Part shown: positions 17,237 to 26,707 of the stretch, piece after piece
Numbering within the stretch: the stretch's first letter is position 1
Layout: each line of letters starts with the position of its first letter
Assembly (NCBI RefSeq): GCF_000981785.2
Contig: NZ_CP011304.1
Location: 3,480,001 to 3,512,000 of the forward strand
Length of the DNA stretch: 32,000 nt
Direction: 5' to 3'
Source of the DNA: Microcystis aeruginosa NIES-2549
GTDB taxonomy: Bacteria > Cyanobacteriota > Cyanobacteriia > Cyanobacteriales > Microcystaceae
The notes under the pieces: model-generated
The model's input: only the letters and a program-made list of their open reading frames with translations
Told to the model about the DNA's origin: nothing
Databases searched by the model: none
Position numbers and translations under genes: made by a program

Positions 17237-17685
17237 TGGCTAAATATCTATTTGATACTAATATTTTACTGAGGCTGAGTGACCGAATTTCCGCTAATTA
17301 TGCCCTGGCAAGAGATGCGACCTATATCTTAATAGATCAAGGACATAAATGCTGCTTGACCTCACAAATTATCATTGAGTTTTGGGTAGTTGCCACCCGT
17401 CCTACTGAGGTTAATGGGTTAGGCTGGACTCCTGAAAGAACTAAAAATCAAATCAATCAATTTCTGAACAGATTCACCCTTCTCGAAGAAAACCCAGAGA
17501 TATTTACCCTTTGGTTTCAATTAGTCACTGACTATAACATCAAGGGAAAAAGGACTCACGATATTAGGCTTCTGGCTGTTATGAAAGCTCATAATATCAA
17601 CCATTTATTAACCTTTAATCCTGATGACTTTGTTACCCTTCCTAATATCATCATCGTTCAGCCGCAAGACTTACTTAATCCCTAA
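17236..17685 (+). CDS. vapC: PIN-domain ribonuclease toxin (VapC family)
   Basis: YLFDTNILLRL at the N-terminus, with later acidic residues (IIEFWVV, THDIRLL, NPDDF), is the PIN pattern. It is translationally coupled to the upstream small ORF. Confidence 0.78.
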   Translation: MAKYLFDTNILLRLSDRISANYALARDATYILIDQGHKCCLTSQIIIEFWVVATRPTEVNGLGWTPERTKNQINQFLNRFTLLEENPEIFTLWFQLVTDYNIKGKRTHDIRLLAVMKAHNINHLLTFNPDDFVTLPNIIIVQPQDLLNP

Positions 17686-17908
17686 TGGTGAGGAGAATTC
17701 TGGAGAACCAAAAAAGCGCATTTGCCCCCGGCTGGATTTCAGTTAAGCTTTGATTAGAGGTTATTGTAGGAGAGAGTTATTGATACCGAATAGATTCACC
17801 CAGATGTATTGCGCTGAAGCTATCTTGTCCTCGGTTTTTTATCCTCCGATTAATTTCTAACCTGTACTGCATTCTCTCCCCACTTCCCCACTTCCTACCT
17901 CCCAGCTT

Positions 17909-20900
17909 ATGATTCCCCTACAATTAACCCTAAAAAATTTTCTCAGTTATCGCGAGGCAGTGCTAGATTTTCGCGGATTACATACTGCCTGTATTTGTGG
18001 TGCCAATGGTGCGGGAAAATCCTCTTTACTGGAAGCAATTACCTGGGCAATTTGGGGAGAAAGTCGCGTCTCGATTGCTGATGATGTGATTCATGCGGGC
18101 AGCGATTATGCGCGGGTAGATTTCGAGTTTAGTTATGGGGGAGAAATTTATAAAATTATCCGTAGTCGTCACCGGGGGGGAAAAGCTTCTGGTTTAGATT
18201 TTCAGGTGATTAATGATCAAAGTTTTCGTCCTTTGTCGGGCAAAAGTATTAAAGATACCCAAGCACAGATTAATACTTATCTAAAAATAGACCATAAAAC
18301 TTTCATTAATTCTGCTTATTTACGACAGGGACAAGCGGACGAGTTTATGAAACAGCCTCCCAGTGGTCGTAAACAGATTTTAGCAGAATTATTACAACTC
18401 GATCGCTATGAAATTTTAGCAAATAAAGCTAAGGATATATCGAAACAATTTGATGGACAGTCCCTCCAGATTGAGCAGCAAGTAGAAACGATAAAACTCC
18501 GTCTTCAGGAGAAAAATTCCTATCGGGAACATCTCCAAGAGTTGAGTGGCCAAATTGACCAAATTAATCAAGAACAAGAGGCAAATAATCGGCGTTTACA
18601 GCAACTACAAGGGGAAGAAAATCAGCGTCAGAATTGGGAAAAACAGCTGCAGTGGCAAAGAGAACAGGAGCGAGCTTTATTAGCAGAAATCGAGAGATTA
18701 GACCGGGAAAAAGTTAGTCTAGACAATCAATTAAATCAAATAAGGACTATTCTTCATCGCAAAAATGAGATTATTACCGCACACGAGCGCCTAATCAATT
18801 TAGACCAGAAAGAGGCCAGTTTGTCAAGTCAATTGCAAGCTTGGCAACAGGCCCAGTATGATAAACAACAATTAGAACAGAAATTACAGCAAAAAATTAA
18901 CGAATTTACCCTTCCCATCCAACAAACGAGCGCTCGTTTAGAAGAATTGGGAAGACAGGAACAAGAAACTCAAAAAATTATCGAGCAAGCGGGAGATATT
19001 CAAGCAGGATTAGAGAAGTTAAATTATCATCGTCAACGTCTTCAGGAATTGGATAGATTAGCTTTAAAATATGCTCCTTTAAATAGCAGAAAAGCTGATC
19101 TAAATATGCAGTTAGAACGGGAAAAAGCTAAGATCAATGCTCGTCGGGAACAACTGCAAAGAAATCGGCAACAATTAGAGACAGAAATCGCTCGTATTCC
19201 TGTACTAAGAGAAGAAGCTCTCAATTTAGCCAAACGAATTAAGGAACTAGATAAAAAACAAACCTATTGTGAACGAGTTGAAGAAAAGGAAACTCTTAAA
19301 CAAGTGGATAAAAAAAGTTTATTGGAGCAACAGAAAAGATATGAAGAACAACTTTTAGAGTTAACTGATAAATTGGAAAAATTAAATATTCCCGATTCGG
19401 TTTGTCCTTTGTGTGAACAGAATTTAGACAGTCATCACCGTCATCAAGTAATCAGGAAAACCCATCAACATCAAGAACAAATTCAAGAGCAAATTTGGTC
19501 CCTACAGGAAAGGATGGCAGACTGCGATCGAGATTTAAAACGTTTACGCGAGGAATTAGCCCAAATTAAACAAGAATTGCCAATAAGATCGAGCCTACAA
19601 CAAAAATATGTGCAGTTAGAAGTCAAGTTAGAAACCATTGAAGAAAAGGAAATAGAACTAGAGAAAACCGAGGAGATACTTGTCCAGTTAGAAGCACTTT
19701 TAAACAGTGGCAATTATGCCTTAGAACTACAGCAAGAATTGCAAATTGTCAATCAAGAAATCGCCTTCTTAAACTATGATGAACAAAGTCATGCTTTAGT
19801 CAGAGGAGAAGAAAAAAGATGGCGTTGGGCAGAAATTCAAGAATCAGAACTTAAGCAAGCAAACCGTCGTTTAGCTAATATCAAGGCCGAGAAACCTAAT
19901 TTAATTAATCGATTAGCTAGACTAGAACAGGAGAAACAAGAACTAGGTCAAAACTCCCCACTTAAACAGGAAATTGAACGCTTAGAAAAGCTTATTCAAA
20001 ACTTGAATTATGATCGCGGTGAACATCAGAATATTCAAAATCTGATCCGACAATTACAGGGGGTAAGATTACAGTATCAAGACTGGCAACAAGCAGAAAA
20101 AAATTATCCAGAAATAGCCGCTAAAATCGCTGACATTGAGCAAAGATTACAGGTGCGAAATGAGGATCACCAGAAGATAAATCAGGAGTTAGCAAATATT
20201 AGTCAAAAGATTGGTACTTTGACCGACTATCGCCAAGAAATAGCCGTATTATCGACTAATATTCAACAGCGAAGACAGATAATTGATGGATTGCTCTCCC
20301 AAAAAGGTCGGGTTGAGGAGAAGTTACATCAACTAGAAACTTTAGGTAAACAACTGACAGAAAAAGAGAGTGATTTAGCTAAAGTTAAAAAACAATATAC
20401 AGTTTATAAAGAGTTAGCCATAGCTTTCGGCAAAAATGGCTTACAAACTCTGATGATTGAGAATGTTTTACCAGAGTTAGAAGCTCAAACTAATCATATC
20501 TTAGCTCGCTTAACTGGTAATCAATTTCATGTGCATTTTTTAACCCAAAAAAGCGGTAAAGGTACGAAGAAACAGCAACAAAAGTCAATCGATACTTTAG
20601 ATATTATTATTGGTGATACCCGGGGATCCCGTCCCTACGAAACCTATTCAGGAGGGGAAGCTTTTCGGATTAATTTCTCGATTCGATTAGCTTTAGCGAG
20701 ATTATTGGCACAAAGAGCGGGAACAGCCCTACAAATGCTCATTGTTGACGAGGGATTCGGAACTCAGGATGCGGAAGGATGCGAGCGCTTAATCGCGGCA
20801 ATTAACGCTATATCCGCCGATTTTGCCTGTATTTTGACGGTAACTCATATGCCCCAATTTAAAGAAGCGTTTCAACATCGCATCGAAGTCCGCAAAACCG

Positions 20901-20932
20901 AACAGGGTTCTCAATTAATGTTATTATCCTAG
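17909..20932 (+). CDS. sbcC: SbcC/Rad50-family ATPase (exonuclease SbcCD subunit C)
   Basis: Walker A GANGAGKSS, long Q/E/L-rich coiled coil, zinc hook CPLC (19403-19414), signature YSGGEAFR, Walker B LIVDEGFG. Confidence 0.9.
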   Translation: MIPLQLTLKNFLSYREAVLDFRGLHTACICGANGAGKSSLLEAITWAIWGESRVSIADDVIHAGSDYARVDFEFSYGGEIYKIIRSRHRGGKASGLDFQVINDQSFRPLSGKSIKDTQAQINTYLKIDHKTFINSAYLRQGQADEFMKQPPSGRKQILAELLQLDRYEILANKAKDISKQFDGQSLQIEQQVETIKLRLQEKNSYREHLQELSGQIDQINQEQEANNRRLQQLQGEENQRQNWEKQLQWQREQERALLAEIERLDREKVSLDNQLNQIRTILHRKNEIITAHERLINLDQKEASLSSQLQAWQQAQYDKQQLEQKLQQKINEFTLPIQQTSARLEELGRQEQETQKIIEQAGDIQAGLEKLNYHRQRLQELDRLALKYAPLNSRKADLNMQLEREKAKINARREQLQRNRQQLETEIARIPVLREEALNLAKRIKELDKKQTYCERVEEKETLKQVDKKSLLEQQKRYEEQLLELTDKLEKLNIPDSVCPLCEQNLDSHHRHQVIRKTHQHQEQIQEQIWSLQERMADCDRDLKRLREELAQIKQELPIRSSLQQKYVQLEVKLETIEEKEIELEKTEEILVQLEALLNSGNYALELQQELQIVNQEIAFLNYDEQSHALVRGEEKRWRWAEIQESELKQANRRLANIKAEKPNLINRLARLEQEKQELGQNSPLKQEIERLEKLIQNLNYDRGEHQNIQNLIRQLQGVRLQYQDWQQAEKNYPEIAAKIADIEQRLQVRNEDHQKINQELANISQKIGTLTDYRQEIAVLSTNIQQRRQIIDGLLSQKGRVEEKLHQLETLGKQLTEKESDLAKVKKQYTVYKELAIAFGKNGLQTLMIENVLPELEAQTNHILARLTGNQFHVHFLTQKSGKGTKKQQQKSIDTLDIIIGDTRGSRPYETYSGGEAFRINFSIRLALARLLAQRAGTALQMLIVDEGFGTQDAEGCERLIAAINAISADFACILTVTHMPQFKEAFQHRIEVRKTEQGSQLMLLS

Positions 20933-20951
20933 AAAAAATATTGATGTAAAT

Positions 20952-21206
20952 ATGGAAAAAATTACCGTCACAGTAAAACTATTTGCTATTTATCAAGAAG
21001 TCTATCAAACTTCACAATTAAACCTCGAATTTCCTGCCCACACTTCCGTGGCAGCAGTGTTAAACTATATTATAGCCCCCTATCCTCAATTAGAAAGATG
21101 GCGCGATGTTACTCGTTTTGGAGTCAATCTTCAGTTTGTTTCGGGAGAGAAAATCCTCGAAAATGGTGATGAGATAGTTTTAATTCCCCCCGTTAGTGGT
21201 GGCTAA
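20952..21206 (+). CDS. moaD: MoaD-type beta-grasp sulfur carrier with C-terminal Gly-Gly
   Basis: 84 aa, VKLFAIYQE...GDEIVLIPPVSGG, matching the MoaD consensus. It starts 19 nt after the sbcC stop. Confidence 0.78.
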   Translation: MEKITVTVKLFAIYQEVYQTSQLNLEFPAHTSVAAVLNYIIAPYPQLERWRDVTRFGVNLQFVSGEKILENGDEIVLIPPVSGG

Positions 21207-21275
21207 ATGGAGATAGGGAAAATCACAAAAGTTGACTGTCACCTTTTTTCCTTGTTACTTTTTCCCTGATATCCC

Positions 21276-23558
21276 GTGTCTAACTGGCAAATTCCCCCAT
21301 CGGTGTCTCTTCCCCAAGAGTTTTTAAAAATAGTCCAAGACTATACCCCAGAGTCGAATGGCAGCGTCGTGGCACAAATATTATGGCATCGCGGTGTCCG
21401 GGATGTGGTGACTCTGGGGACGTTTCTGGATGAGAAAGCTTATCAGTCAAAAACTCCCTTTGATTTTGGGCAAGAAATGAACTTCGCCGTCAAAAGACTG
21501 GAAAAAGCCCTAAATAAAGGCGAAAAAGTGGCTATTTGGGGTGATTTCGATGCCGATGGTGTCACCGCTACCAGTGTCCTCTGGGAAGGATTGGGACAGT
21601 TTTTCCCACCCTATCAACAGTTAGATTATTACATACCCGATCGCCAAAAAGAATCCCACGGCCTCAATTGTCCTGGTATCGAGAAACTAGCGCATCAAGG
21701 AACCAGTTTAATCGTCACCTGTGACACGGGAAGCACGAATATTGCCGAAATTGACTATGCAAACAGTCTAGGCATCGATATTATCATCACCGATCATCAT
21801 ACCCTACCCGACGAGCGCCCCGAGGTGATTGCCCTGATTAATCCCCGCTACTTTGTGGAAACCCATCCTTTCTATCATCTTTCTGGGGTTGCCGTTGCTT
21901 ATAAATTAGTGGAAGCGATGTATTTAACTTTGGCAGATATTCCCAGAAAACCCCTAGAAAATTTACTGGATTTAGTTGCGATTGGTTTAATTGCCGATTT
22001 AGTCAAATTGACGGGAGAATGTCGTTATTTAGCCCAAAAAGGTATACAAAAACTGCAAAATACTCAGCGTTTGGGAGTTAAAAAATTACTCGATTTATGT
22101 AACAAAACCGGAGATAGACCGATGGATATATCCTTCGGTATTGGACCGCGCATTAATGCCGTCAGTCGCATTTATGGCGATGCTAGATTTTGTGTAGAAT
22201 TACTTACCAGTGAAGATGAAAAACGTTGTCACGAATTAGCTGAACAAGCGGAATTAGCCAACATTCGTCGCCAAGAAATCCAACGGGATATTATTAAACA
22301 AGTTCAGAAAAAATTAGAGAGAATTGATCTTTCTACCACTAATGTAATTATTTTAGATGATCCCCAATGGATGGCGGGAATTTTAGGATTAGTTGCGGGA
22401 CAAATTGCCCAAGAATACCAACGACCAACAATTTTATTAAGTACCAGTGAACCACCTTTTGCTAAGGGTTCCGCTCGGTCAATTCGCGAGATCGATCTCT
22501 ATCAATTAGTATCCTCTCAATCCCATCTTTTACATCGTTTTGGTGGTCATCCTTTGGCCGCAGGTTTAAGTTTAACCATAGAAAATTTACCGCTATTTAT
22601 TGAGGGAATTAATCAACAGTTGCGACGCACAGGAATTGATTTAACTTCCCTTTATTCCCAGATAGAAGTGGATGCGGTGGTGACGGTTTCCCAATTGGGA
22701 AAAAGTCTATTTCGAGAATTAAAATTACTGGAACCCTGCGGGATGGGTAATCCGACACCGAAGCTATTAATTCAAAATTGTTATTTTCAAAATCTTTGGC
22801 ATAAAAATCTTGAGGATTTCAAAGGCAAAAAAATCGCTTATCCCCGGACAACTTTTGAGATCTGGGATAGTTCAATCGAGCAGGGTTTCCCCGGTATGTG
22901 GTGGGGTCATCACAAAGACGAAATTGCTGCCGATACCCGTTATGATGCCGTAGTCGAATTAGATTTTAATACCTACAAAAATCGCTATGAAGTGCGCTTA
23001 ATTGCCTTGCAAACCTATCAACAAGAATCCCTAACCTATAGCAATAAAAAAGATTTTTTAATCGACAATCGCCATCGAGAAATTAATCAAGAAGTTAAGC
23101 AATTAAATCCCCTTTTTCTCCTGGAATGTCCCCGGGATTGGACAAAACTTTCCAGGGAATATCAACAGGCAATTTTACGCGATAAAAAGTTAGTTCTTGC
23201 CTATGCTAGTCCTTTAAAAAAATCCGCTCACACCACATGGATAAACCTTGTGGGGATTGGGAAATATTTAGCTAGAACTAAAACCAGTATTTCCCGTCAA
23301 CAATTACAAAAGCGCTTAAACCTCAGTTATCATACCCTAGAATTAGGATTAATTTCCCTAGCAGAAAATGGCTTTAAAGTCAAGAAAAATCAAGAAAATT
23401 TATCCTTTGAATTAATCAATCATGAGGCAAAAATTAATAAGATTGAGCAATTTCTAGAAGCAGTGGCCCTAGAAAACTTTCTCCAGCAATACTTTGCTAC
23501 TGTTCCCCTAGAAATACTGCAAACAATTCTTAATCATGAAGACTCGATCGATTTCTAG
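21276..23558 (+). CDS. recJ: Single-stranded-DNA-specific exonuclease RecJ (long form)
   Basis: DHH motifs GDFDADGV, TCDTGS, ITDHH, and DHHA1 GGHPLAAG. GTG start. 760 aa, with about 200 aa of extra C-terminal sequence. Confidence 0.9.
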   Translation: MSNWQIPPSVSLPQEFLKIVQDYTPESNGSVVAQILWHRGVRDVVTLGTFLDEKAYQSKTPFDFGQEMNFAVKRLEKALNKGEKVAIWGDFDADGVTATSVLWEGLGQFFPPYQQLDYYIPDRQKESHGLNCPGIEKLAHQGTSLIVTCDTGSTNIAEIDYANSLGIDIIITDHHTLPDERPEVIALINPRYFVETHPFYHLSGVAVAYKLVEAMYLTLADIPRKPLENLLDLVAIGLIADLVKLTGECRYLAQKGIQKLQNTQRLGVKKLLDLCNKTGDRPMDISFGIGPRINAVSRIYGDARFCVELLTSEDEKRCHELAEQAELANIRRQEIQRDIIKQVQKKLERIDLSTTNVIILDDPQWMAGILGLVAGQIAQEYQRPTILLSTSEPPFAKGSARSIREIDLYQLVSSQSHLLHRFGGHPLAAGLSLTIENLPLFIEGINQQLRRTGIDLTSLYSQIEVDAVVTVSQLGKSLFRELKLLEPCGMGNPTPKLLIQNCYFQNLWHKNLEDFKGKKIAYPRTTFEIWDSSIEQGFPGMWWGHHKDEIAADTRYDAVVELDFNTYKNRYEVRLIALQTYQQESLTYSNKKDFLIDNRHREINQEVKQLNPLFLLECPRDWTKLSREYQQAILRDKKLVLAYASPLKKSAHTTWINLVGIGKYLARTKTSISRQQLQKRLNLSYHTLELGLISLAENGFKVKKNQENLSFELINHEAKINKIEQFLEAVALENFLQQYFATVPLEILQTILNHEDSIDF

Positions 23559-23573
23559 TTATAACCCTTATTT

Positions 23574-23629
23574 ACTGATAACTGATAACTGATAACTGAT
23601 AACTGATAACTGATTACTGATTACTGATT
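23574..23629. repeat. STRR-like heptanucleotide array (ACTGATA)5(ACTGATT)3
   Basis: Eight consecutive units between convergent recJ and speE. The array overlaps the last codons and the stop of speE. Confidence 0.9.
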
Positions 23630-24561
23630 ACTCCTTGACCGAAGAATTTCGGGGGTTTTGCCAGGGTATAAACTTCCGTATTTTGTGCGATTGCTTGACG
23701 AATATAGAGAGGAGTTTGTAACATTCCGAGTAAACTCATGCCATCAATTAAACGTAATCCTCCCGTAGTTGTATCGCTGATTAATTCATCCACCACCTCG
23801 GGATCGGGACGAGTATTTAAAGGATGATTAGCACAGAGAGTAAAACCCCAAGGGGAACCATAACTAGGAGTGGGAGCGCAATAGGAATGAACGTAGGGAA
23901 AAACTGCTTTTAAAGTATTCACCAAACGCGCATGATACATCACCGAAGGAGGAGAAACCGGGCCAGATTGCACTACCACAATGCCATTTTCTGCCAAAAC
24001 TCTTTGTAGTTTTTCAAAGTATTCTTTCGTGAATAGGGGGAAAGAGGGACCCTCTTCGATGGGATCAACCAGATCCGAGATAATAATATCCCATTTATCG
24101 TTAGTGGTGTCTAAAACTTCTAAAGCATCGGCCACAACTAACTGAAAACGAGGATCATCAAAAGTGCCTTGGTGCATTTCGGGAAGATGTTCCTTACAAG
24201 CTGCCACCACATCCCCATCGATATCGATCATCATCACTTTTTCGATTGTTTTCCAACGCAATAACTCCCGCGTTGTCGCACCTTCACCACCTCCCAAAAT
24301 TAAAGCAGTTTTTGCTTCTTGGTGGGCAATCATTGCCGGTTGCACTAATGCTTCATGATAAATAAATTCATCCCCCGTACAAGATTGCCATTTCCCATCC
24401 AGTACCAAGGCTTTTCCATAGGCCCCCGATTCAACAATATACATTTCCTGAAAAGCGGTTTTTTTGTAGGCTAAAATCCTGGAAACCCCATGACTATAAA
24501 TGTCCCAGGGGGTAATATATTCGTTAACCCATAGATCCGCTTTTAGTTCACTTCCTGCCAT
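23614..24561 (-). CDS. speE: Polyamine aminopropyltransferase (spermidine synthase)
   Basis: LILGGGEGATTRELL and IISDLVDP motifs. ATG at 24561 (MAGSELKADLW) follows AAGGAGG (reverse complement of 24569-24575). The track start 24591 is further upstream. Confidence 0.85.
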   Translation of the reverse strand: MAGSELKADLWVNEYITPWDIYSHGVSRILAYKKTAFQEMYIVESGAYGKALVLDGKWQSCTGDEFIYHEALVQPAMIAHQEAKTALILGGGEGATTRELLRWKTIEKVMMIDIDGDVVAACKEHLPEMHQGTFDDPRFQLVVADALEVLDTTNDKWDIIISDLVDPIEEGPSFPLFTKEYFEKLQRVLAENGIVVVQSGPVSPPSVMYHARLVNTLKAVFPYVHSYCAPTPSYGSPWGFTLCANHPLNTRPDPEVVDELISDTTTGGLRLIDGMSLLGMLQTPLYIRQAIAQNTEVYTLAKPPKFFGQGVISNQ

Positions 24562-24735
24562 AACTAATCCTCCTTGGGGTGAAAAAGGCACGATCCACTA
24601 TTATACGACAATTGACAAAATTCGATCGATAACCTGAAATTATCTCCAGGTAATCCCGAAGCTGCCGATAATCGATCGCTGAAAAACGGTAAGCTAGAAA
24701 AGATTAGCTTCAAGTAAACTTCTAGCCACTAACCT

Positions 24736-25725
24736 ATGACTAAAAACGAGACTACCGAGAAAAAGATTTTTCTCCTAGATTTTGAGAAACCCCTTTACGA
24801 ATTAGAATCCCGCATCGAACAGATTAAAGAATTAGCCCAAGAAAATAGCGTAGATGTCTCGGAACAAATTAGTCAACTAGACGAACGAGCTAATCAATTA
24901 CGTCGTGAAATTTTTAGCAATCTCACCCCTTCCCAAAGGCTACAATTAGCCCGTCATCCCCGGCGCCCCAGTACCCTAGATTATATTCAAGCCATCACCG
25001 ATGAATGGTTCGAGTTACACGGGGATCGCGGTGGTTACGACGATCCCGCCCTTGTGGGTGGTGTTGCCCGTTTTAACGGTCGTCCTGTGGTGATTATCGG
25101 GCATCAAAAAGGCCGGGATACTAAGGATAATGTGGCTAGAAATTTCGGCATGGCTGCCCCCGGGGGTTATCGTAAAGCCATGCGTTTAATGGAACACGCC
25201 CATCAGTTTAATCAGCCAATTTTAACCTTTATTGACACCCCCGGCGCCTGGGCGGGGGTGGAAGCGGAAAAATTAGGTCAAGGAGAAGCGATCGCCTATA
25301 ACCTCCGGGAGATGTTTCGTTTAGATGTGCCGATCATTTGTACTGTTATTGGCGAAGGGGGTTCGGGCGGTGCTTTGGGCATTGGGGTCGGCGATCGCCT
25401 ATTAATGTTAGAGCATTCTGTCTATACCGTGGCGACTCCCGAAGCTTGTGCCGCCATTCTCTGGAAAGATGCCAAAAAATCCGATAAAGCAGCAGTTGCC
25501 CTCAAAATTACCTCAAAAGATTTAAAAGAGTTAAATATTATCGATCAGATCATTTCTGAACCCTCCAGAGGGGCCCATGCTGATCCGATTAAAGCGGCAG
25601 CCAATTTAAAAGCCGCTATTAGTGAAAATTTAGAGGCTTTATCTTTGTTAACTCCCCAACAACGGCGCGAATCTCGTTATCAAAAATTCCGCAATTTAGG
25701 CGTATTTTTAGAGGCTACAGCTTAA
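24736..25725 (+). CDS. accA: Acetyl-CoA carboxylase carboxyltransferase alpha subunit
   Basis: [11 protein letters not shown]..., [16 protein letters not shown] and [10 protein letters not shown] are diagnostic of AccA. Confidence 0.95.
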   Translation: MTKNETTEKKIFLLDFEKPLYELESRIEQIKELAQENSVDVSEQISQLDERANQLRREIFSNLTPSQRLQLARHPRRPSTLDYIQAITDEWFELHGDRGGYDDPALVGGVARFNGRPVVIIGHQKGRDTKDNVARNFGMAAPGGYRKAMRLMEHAHQFNQPILTFIDTPGAWAGVEAEKLGQGEAIAYNLREMFRLDVPIICTVIGEGGSGGALGIGVGDRLLMLEHSVYTVATPEACAAILWKDAKKSDKAAVALKITSKDLKELNIIDQIISEPSRGAHADPIKAAANLKAAISENLEALSLLTPQQRRESRYQKFRNLGVFLEATA

Positions 25726-25774
25726 TCAGTGAGCAGTGAGCAGTTATCAGATGTGAGTTTTCAGTGATTAGTTT
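25726..25774. repeat. Degenerate heptamer array (TCAGTGA GCAGTGA GCAGTTA TCAGATG TGAGTTT TCAGTGA TTAGTTT)
   Basis: 7-nt periodicity starting at the base after the accA stop. Confidence 0.7.
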
Positions 25775-25862
25775 GTTTTGTAGATTTGGAAGATTTCAGC
25801 TTGAGTTTGAGGGTTACACCGACAAAGCTATAATATTAATGGCAGGTTCAAGGACAGACCAA

Positions 25863-26153
25863 ATGAAACAGGACGAGGTGCTGGCAATTCTAGAGGCACA
25901 CCGAGAACAGTTACAAAAACTAGGGGTGCAATCTTTGTCTTTATTTGGTTCAGTGGCCAGGGATGAAGCTGATGCCGATAGTGATGTAGATTTGTTAGTA
26001 GAATTCGATCGACAAGGTGGTTTTTTTCAACTTCTGCAAGTACAGTATTATTTAGAAGATATTCTGGGATGCTCTGTGGATTTAGGAACTCAGGATGCCT
26101 TAAGAGAACATTTACGAGAACCTGTGCTTGAGGATCTGATCAATGCCTTCTAG
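25863..26153 (+). CDS. mntA: MNT-type nucleotidyltransferase antitoxin (MntA)
   Basis: LFGSVARDEADADSDVDLLVEF (GS-x10-DxD). The track start 25764 (GTG) lies in repeat sequence. The ATGs at 25839 and 25863 are both plausible; 25863 is chosen. Confidence 0.78.
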   Translation: MKQDEVLAILEAHREQLQKLGVQSLSLFGSVARDEADADSDVDLLVEFDRQGGFFQLLQVQYYLEDILGCSVDLGTQDALREHLREPVLEDLINAF

Positions 26154-26496
26154 AGATTGGCGACTTCGCCTTCAAGACATTTTAGAATCTATCAGTGAAA
26201 TTGAACAGCGGACAAAGGCAATGACGTTTGAGGAATTTGCCAAGAATCAAACAAATATCAAAGCGGTTCTCTATGATTTTATTATTATCGGAGAAGCAAC
26301 TAGAAATGTACCGAAGGAAATTCAGTCTCGCTATCCTCTTATTCCTTGGCGTTTAATGGCGGGAATGATAAATGTGGCAACTCACGAATATTTTCAAGTT
26401 AATTTAAGTAGAATTTGGGCAACAATTCGAGAAGATTTGCCGACCTTAGTACCACAACTACAAGAAGTATTAGCAAGGGAAAAAAAACCAGAATAG
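26143..26496 (+). CDS. hepT: HepT (DUF86) toxin homologue with variant active-site motif
   Basis: Overlaps mntA by 11 nt. DUF86 pattern ...IGEATRNVP...WRLMAGMINVATHEY. The expected Rx4HxY motif reads Ix4HxY. Confidence 0.78.
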   Translation: MPSRDWRLRLQDILESISEIEQRTKAMTFEEFAKNQTNIKAVLYDFIIIGEATRNVPKEIQSRYPLIPWRLMAGMINVATHEYFQVNLSRIWATIREDLPTLVPQLQEVLAREKKPE

Positions 26497-26707
26497 TTGC
26501 GGGGCATTTTTCATATTTATTGGGCAATTTAGCCTACTTTTGTGGTTTCTTTTTCGCTGGATTGGGAGGGTTTTAGTTTGCCCTTGAGGATTGAAGCTGC
26601 ACCAAGATTAGCGGGGGTGAGGAGTGCTTGAGTCCTACGCCCCCACAGAACAACTAATATGTAGTAATGTAGGGGCGCAATTGACACCATGATGTCAAGA
26701 GAGTCGA

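Noticed and set aside
17909-20932. SMC-like ATPase as a defence component (Lamassu LmuB or Wadjet JetC type)
   Set aside because: The N-terminal Walker A context, CxxC zinc hook, signature motif and DEGFG Walker B are those of canonical SbcC/Rad50. No Lamassu or Wadjet partner genes are present.
26600-26700. Possible rpmA terminator hairpins (GGGGGTGAGGA...TCCTACGCCCCC and TTGACAccatgaTGTCAA)
   Set aside because: The stems are imperfect and are not followed by a U-tract on the minus strand, so I cannot support an intrinsic terminator call.
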